This document shows, piece after piece, positions 59,553 to 64,000 of a DNA stretch of 64,000 bases. The position numbers and the translations under genes were made by a program. The stretch lies in assembly GCA_902530985.1 (NCBI GenBank), contig CACACI010000004.1:2339-66338 (forward strand). The letters run 5' to 3'. The notes under the pieces were generated by a model that searched no databases, was not told the origin of the DNA, and saw only the letters and a program-made list of their open reading frames with translations. The DNA is from an uncultured Alphaproteobacteria bacterium. Its GTDB lineage: Bacteria; Pseudomonadota; Alphaproteobacteria; Methylaequorales; Methylaequoraceae. Numbering within the stretch: position 1 is the first letter of the stretch; every line of letters starts with the position of its first letter.

Positions 59553-60310
59553 TTTTGCCTACCTTGCTTAGTTTTATTATCCTTTAATTTAATTTCTTTT
59601 GATGAAACTCTAAATCCATTGTTTTGTTGTTTTTTTAAATCTTCAATTTTTTGATTTAAAGAATGAATTTCTTTGAAGAGGGCATGAATGCTCTTTTTGT
59701 TTGGATCATCTATCTTTCCTTCTGATATCCCATAAGCATTAAATGATTCACTCAGATTTTTGGATTCAATCTTTCTAGCCGGAATACCAACATAAGTAAT
59801 ATTTTCAGGAATATTTTTTAGCACAACAGCGTTAGCACCGATTCTGGAGTTTTTTCCAATTACTACAGGACCAAGAATCTGAGCACCAGAGCCTACAATT
59901 ACATTATCATGGATTGTTGGATGTCTTTTAACATTTCTTTGAGAATGTGAATTAAGTGAAGGAGACAATCCTCCAAGTGTAGCTTGTTGATATATTGTAA
60001 CATTTTTACCAATCTTTGTGGTTTCCCCAATAACTAAACCAGCACCATGATCAATGAAAAAGCCAGAATCTATCTCAGCAGCTGGATGAATTTCAATTGA
60101 TGTTAATATTCTCGAAAGATTACTTATAAATTTAGCTAGAAATTTTAATCTTAATTTCCATAGAAGATGACAAATTCTGTGTATCAAGGTTGCATGAAAA
60201 CCAGAGTAAGTAAAAAAAATCTCAAGTAAATTCCTAGCCGCGGGATCTCTATTCCTAGCAGCTCTTAAATCCTCTAGAATTAAGACAAATAAATTTTTTG
60301 ACATAATCAT
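59549..60310 (-). CDS. cysE: serine O-acetyltransferase
   Basis: RDPAA, IEIHPAA, FIDHG, KRHPT hexapeptide repeats. Confidence 0.95.
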   Translation of the reverse strand: MIMSKNLFVLILEDLRAARNRDPAARNLLEIFFTYSGFHATLIHRICHLLWKLRLKFLAKFISNLSRILTSIEIHPAAEIDSGFFIDHGAGLVIGETTKIGKNVTIYQQATLGGLSPSLNSHSQRNVKRHPTIHDNVIVGSGAQILGPVVIGKNSRIGANAVVLKNIPENITYVGIPARKIESKNLSESFNAYGISEGKIDDPNKKSIHALFKEIHSLNQKIEDLKKQQNNGFRVSSKEIKLKDNKTKQGRQK

Positions 60311-60384
60311 ACTTTTGTACTATACAATTTTTGTATTATACAATTATGAATATAAATATATCTTACTAAATTAGTCAAGTATAA

Positions 60385-61011
60385 ATGCCAGAAATTTTAC
60401 TTAATGGGCCGATCGGAAGGCTCGAAGCTCGCTACACTCATAATAATAAAGCTAATTCACCATCAGTTCTTATATTGCATGCTCATCCGGGTCATGGTGG
60501 TAATATGAACAATCCATTGTCATTGAGACTTCATAAATTTTTCTCTGATATAGGTTTTTCTAGTTTAAGATTTAATTTTAGGGGTGTTGGAAAGTCAGAT
60601 GGAGAGCACGATGGAAGTGAAGGAGAACTAGCCGATTCAGCAATTGCTCTAGATTGGCTCCAACACCAGAATCAGGAATCAACTCAATACTGGATTTGTG
60701 GTATTTCATTTGGTGCATGGGTTGGAATGCAACTTTTAATGAGGAGACCAGAAATTCCAAAATTTATACTCATTAGTCCTCCTGTTGGAAAATATGATTT
60801 TAATTTTCTTGCTCCCTGCCCAGCCTCAGGTCTAGTAATTTCTGCAGAAAAGGACAATCTTGTGGAAACCGAAGCAATAGACGATGCTGTCGACAGACTT
60901 AATAAACAAAAGTCCATAGAAGTAAAACATGAATTAGTAAAAACTGCCGATCATTTTTTCTTAAATAATGAAAATAAAGTAATTGAAAAAGTAAAAAAAT
61001 ATGTTGGATGA
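60385..61011 (+). CDS. conserved alpha/beta hydrolase (COG2945-like) divergent from cysE-isc
   Basis: HAHPGHGGNM, FNFRGVGKS, GISFG, FLAPCP, ADHFF. Confidence 0.88.
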   Translation: MPEILLNGPIGRLEARYTHNNKANSPSVLILHAHPGHGGNMNNPLSLRLHKFFSDIGFSSLRFNFRGVGKSDGEHDGSEGELADSAIALDWLQHQNQESTQYWICGISFGAWVGMQLLMRRPEIPKFILISPPVGKYDFNFLAPCPASGLVISAEKDNLVETEAIDDAVDRLNKQKSIEVKHELVKTADHFFLNNENKVIEKVKKYVG

Positions 61012-61014
61012 TGT

Positions 61015-62139
61015 TTACTTAATAGATTGAATCAACCCAGATACTGATCTCTCTGAACAACCAGTTGTTTGTGGAAAAGAAGATGGCAAGTTTTTTAGAG
61101 TTCTAACAGAAATATAAGCAAATGCCATAGATTCAATAAAAAATGGATCTAATCCATAAATTTCAGTTTTAAAAATTGTAGATGTGCCTAATAATTTTTT
61201 GAGATCATTCATAAGAGTTTTATTTTCCACCCCTCCTCCTGAAAAAATCCACTTGTCGATTTTATAATTTAACTTTTTATTAATATTAAAAATTAGATAA
61301 GCAGAAAAATAAGTAAGACTTCTAAGAATATCCAAATGACTGTAATTATTTTTTCTAATAAAATCTTTTGTCCTAAAAAATGCATTGTCATAAGAAATAG
61401 GAATTGAGTCGTTGATGAATTTTTTTTTTTTCCACTTCTCTATCAAATTTGGAATTATTATACCTTTGGATGAAAGTTCTCCATTTTTATCGTAATTTAC
61501 ATTGAAATTCAAACTACAAAACTCATCTAAAAGTTTGTTGCCTGGACCGATATCTGAGGCTAGAGTTATTTTTCTTCCTTTAAAGAAAGAAAAATTAGAA
61601 ATACCTCCAAGATTAACTACCATCACATTTTTTTTATTCTCTGAGAACTTACATTGATGAAATATTGGAACAAGGGGTGCTCCTTGTCCATTTTTTTTAA
61701 TATCATTATCTCTGAAGTTAGAAATTATTGTTATCTTTAATTTTTTAGATAATAACAAAGGATCTCCCAGTTGGATTGACAATCCTGCTTTAGGGTTATG
61801 AAGTAATGTATTGCCATGCACTCCAATCACATCTAAGGAAGAAATATTAATCGAATATTTTTTTAAAAAAAGATTAACTTTTTTTATTATTAATTCTGTA
61901 AACTTTCGATTAAAATCCATAAAATCATTGGATTCAAGAATAGATTTATAATTTAAAGTATTGAACTTTTTAATTAAGCTTTTAATACTTTGTTTTAATT
62001 TAGAGTTAAATTTGTAATAGCAATTAAATAAGGTTTTTATGTCATTCTTACCATTAGTTTTTATTAAAGAAAAATCCAAACCATCAATCGATGTTCCACT
62101 CATAATACCAAGGGAACAATATTCTTTTTTTTTTACCAT
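61015..62139 (-). CDS. anmK: anhydro-N-acetylmuramic acid kinase
   Basis: GIMSGTSIDG, GQGAPLVP, NLGGISN, DIGPGN, ESMAFAY; divergent from tyrS. Confidence 0.92.
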   Translation of the reverse strand: MVKKKEYCSLGIMSGTSIDGLDFSLIKTNGKNDIKTLFNCYYKFNSKLKQSIKSLIKKFNTLNYKSILESNDFMDFNRKFTELIIKKVNLFLKKYSINISSLDVIGVHGNTLLHNPKAGLSIQLGDPLLLSKKLKITIISNFRDNDIKKNGQGAPLVPIFHQCKFSENKKNVMVVNLGGISNFSFFKGRKITLASDIGPGNKLLDEFCSLNFNVNYDKNGELSSKGIIIPNLIEKWKKKKFINDSIPISYDNAFFRTKDFIRKNNYSHLDILRSLTYFSAYLIFNINKKLNYKIDKWIFSGGGVENKTLMNDLKKLLGTSTIFKTEIYGLDPFFIESMAFAYISVRTLKNLPSSFPQTTGCSERSVSGLIQSIK

Positions 62140-62166
62140 TATTATTATAATCTCATATAAGGAACT

Positions 62167-63447
62167 ATGTTAAAAGATTTTTATGATTCAGTTATTGCGA
62201 GGGGGTTTTTGCACCAATCTACCGATGAAGAATCTATAAGAGAACTTTTATCAAAAAAGACAACTGGCTACATTGGTTTTGATTGCACCTCCAATAGTTT
62301 ACATGTTGGCTCATTATTACCTCTAATGTTAATGCGACTCTTCCAAAAATGTGGGCACAAACCAATTATTTTAGTAGGAGGCGGAACTACATTAATTGGC
62401 GACCCATCAGGTAAAGATGAAACAAGAAGAATCTTATCAAAAAAAGATATAGGTGAGAACAAAGAAAACTTAAAACAAATATTTAAAAAATTTTTATCAT
62501 TTGAAAGTTCAAAAGATAATTGTGCTGAATTGGTAGATAATTACGAGTGGTTAAATAAGTTAGAATTAATTTCATTTCTGAGAGAAATTGGCAGTAAGTT
62601 TTCAATCAATAAAATGCTTGGTTTGGAATCAATTAAGCAAAGACTGAACAGAGAACAACACTTAAGTTTCTTAGAATTTAATTATTCTATTTTCCAAGCA
62701 TATGATTTTATGGTTTTGAATGAAAAACATAAATGCATGATTCAATTTGGTGGATCTGATCAATGGGGTAATATAGTTTCAGGAATTGATTTGATTAAAA
62801 AAGAAAAAAATTGTCAAGTCTATGGTTTAACTTCACCTTTAATAACAACTTCATCTGGAAAAAAAATGGGAAAAACAAATGATGGTGCAGTTTGGTTAAA
62901 TGAGCAAATGTTTTCCGTTAGTGATTTTTGGCAATATTGGAGAAATACCGCTGATGAGGACGTATTGAGATTTCTAAAACTATTTACAGAAATTGATGTT
63001 GATGAGATTGAAGAATTTAAAAACTACAAAGGTTCAGAACTAAATGAATTAAAAATTTTATTGGCTAATGAAGTTACATCATTATGCCATGGAAAAGAAA
63101 AATCTAATGAAGCTGAAAAAGTTGCAAAGAGTATTCTCAATTCACCAAATATAGGAGCAAATATAATAGACACATGTAATCAAAAAATATCTATTAAACT
63201 TAGTAAATTGATTAAAGGAATTAATATAAAGGAATTATTAGTTGAACTCCAATTGTCACAATCAAATGGTCAGGCAAAAAGATTAATAGAACAAGGAGCT
63301 GTTAAAATAAATCAAGATGTAATCGAAGAAAAAGATCTATTAATTTCAAAAGAAGATTTCATCAAACATCCTGAAAAAAATAATTACTTTTATCTGATTG
63401 TTTATGTAGGGAAAAAAAAATATGGGTTAGTAGAATTAGTCCCCTAA
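62167..63447 (+). CDS. tyrS: tyrosine--tRNA ligase
   Basis: GFDCT..SLHVG, QFGGSDQWGN, KMGKT, C-terminal S4 domain. Confidence 0.97.
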   Translation: MLKDFYDSVIARGFLHQSTDEESIRELLSKKTTGYIGFDCTSNSLHVGSLLPLMLMRLFQKCGHKPIILVGGGTTLIGDPSGKDETRRILSKKDIGENKENLKQIFKKFLSFESSKDNCAELVDNYEWLNKLELISFLREIGSKFSINKMLGLESIKQRLNREQHLSFLEFNYSIFQAYDFMVLNEKHKCMIQFGGSDQWGNIVSGIDLIKKEKNCQVYGLTSPLITTSSGKKMGKTNDGAVWLNEQMFSVSDFWQYWRNTADEDVLRFLKLFTEIDVDEIEEFKNYKGSELNELKILLANEVTSLCHGKEKSNEAEKVAKSILNSPNIGANIIDTCNQKISIKLSKLIKGINIKELLVELQLSQSNGQAKRLIEQGAVKINQDVIEEKDLLISKEDFIKHPEKNNYFYLIVYVGKKKYGLVELVP

Positions 63448-64000
63448 AAAGTTTTTTATTATATTTGGAACAAAAACAGATATTGGATTGTAAAAAACTT
63501 CATACTCTCCATCAATTTTCTCTACTTTAAAATTTGCTCCAATAAGACCGTCCTCAGGTGATCCTGCTGTGATAATATCTCCTAGGATTGGGAATTTAGT
63601 TATAAGAGTGTTAATTGTATATGCAGGAATAATTGATCCATTCATAAGAAAATAATCATCGTTTAAACCAATTACAGTATCAAATTGTATCCCTAATTCA
63701 CTACCTTTGAGAAGGCTATCAACAATTTTCAATCTATTTTCTGAAAGTTTATAGTCAGCGTTGAAATCATTAAAAATAATTCCTCCATCTTTTAGTTTTT
63801 GTGCAAAACCCTCTAAAGAAAATATACTAAAAAAGTTTGCAAAAAATGGCGCATCAAAAAAAACAATATTTTTTCCTACAATAACACCTTCATAATTATT
63901 GGTATTCTTTGATTTTTTACCTTCTACTTTAATACTTCCCTGATTAACATTTAAATTCAAATCAAGAGCTTTAAATAAACCAGGTATATAATTTGATTCT
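63436..64000 (-). CDS. AsmA-like / YhdP-type protein, C-terminal part (5' end outside window)
   Basis: Frame open to the window edge; GSIIPAYTIN...PILGDII...GLIGANF...NPISVFVP C-terminal signature. Confidence 0.75.
   Translation of the reverse strand, partial: ESNYIPGLFKALDLNLNVNQGSIKVEGKKSKNTNNYEGVIVGKNIVFFDAPFFANFFSIFSLEGFAQKLKDGGIIFNDFNADYKLSENRLKIVDSLLKGSELGIQFDTVIGLNDDYFLMNGSIIPAYTINTLITKFPILGDIITAGSPEDGLIGANFKVEKIDGEYEVFYNPISVFVPNIIKNFLGD

Overview
Very AT-rich, densely packed chromosome segment of a streamlined alphaproteobacterium, probably marine. The assignment is inferred from pcm-tolC-valS, erpA-dgt-argS, cysK-sseA-metC, an NDUFS4 homologue, 17-kDa-antigen lipoproteins and a complete isc operon. 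Most genes are housekeeping: argS, valS, tyrS, ilvD, xth, tkt-pgk-fba-rpe, folE-hisI, cysE-iscRSUA-hscBA-fdx-iscX-mnmA, anmK and three tRNAs (Cys, Asn, Met). I see no integrase, transposase, rRNA or CRISPR array. Best leads: (1) a CutF/CruR-like leader ORF (CxxxC plus C-terminal NSPP) whose codons after Pro-Pro can pair with the SD and start codons of a downstream His/Met-rich outer-membrane barrel, suggesting a metal-responsive ribosome-stalling switch; (2) scattered methylotrophy parts, namely a stand-alone fhcA and an mxaD/mxaE-like pair heading a gap-less tkt-pgk-fba-rpe operon; (3) a DNA-repair-like neighbourhood with an SPL-family radical SAM, a nucleosidase-like gene and an apparently catalytically degenerate Cas4-like PD-(D/E)XK protein overlapping an ATP-dependent DNA ligase; (4) an orphan hopanoid transporter hpnN. 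All calls come from motif recognition by eye; no database searches were run.
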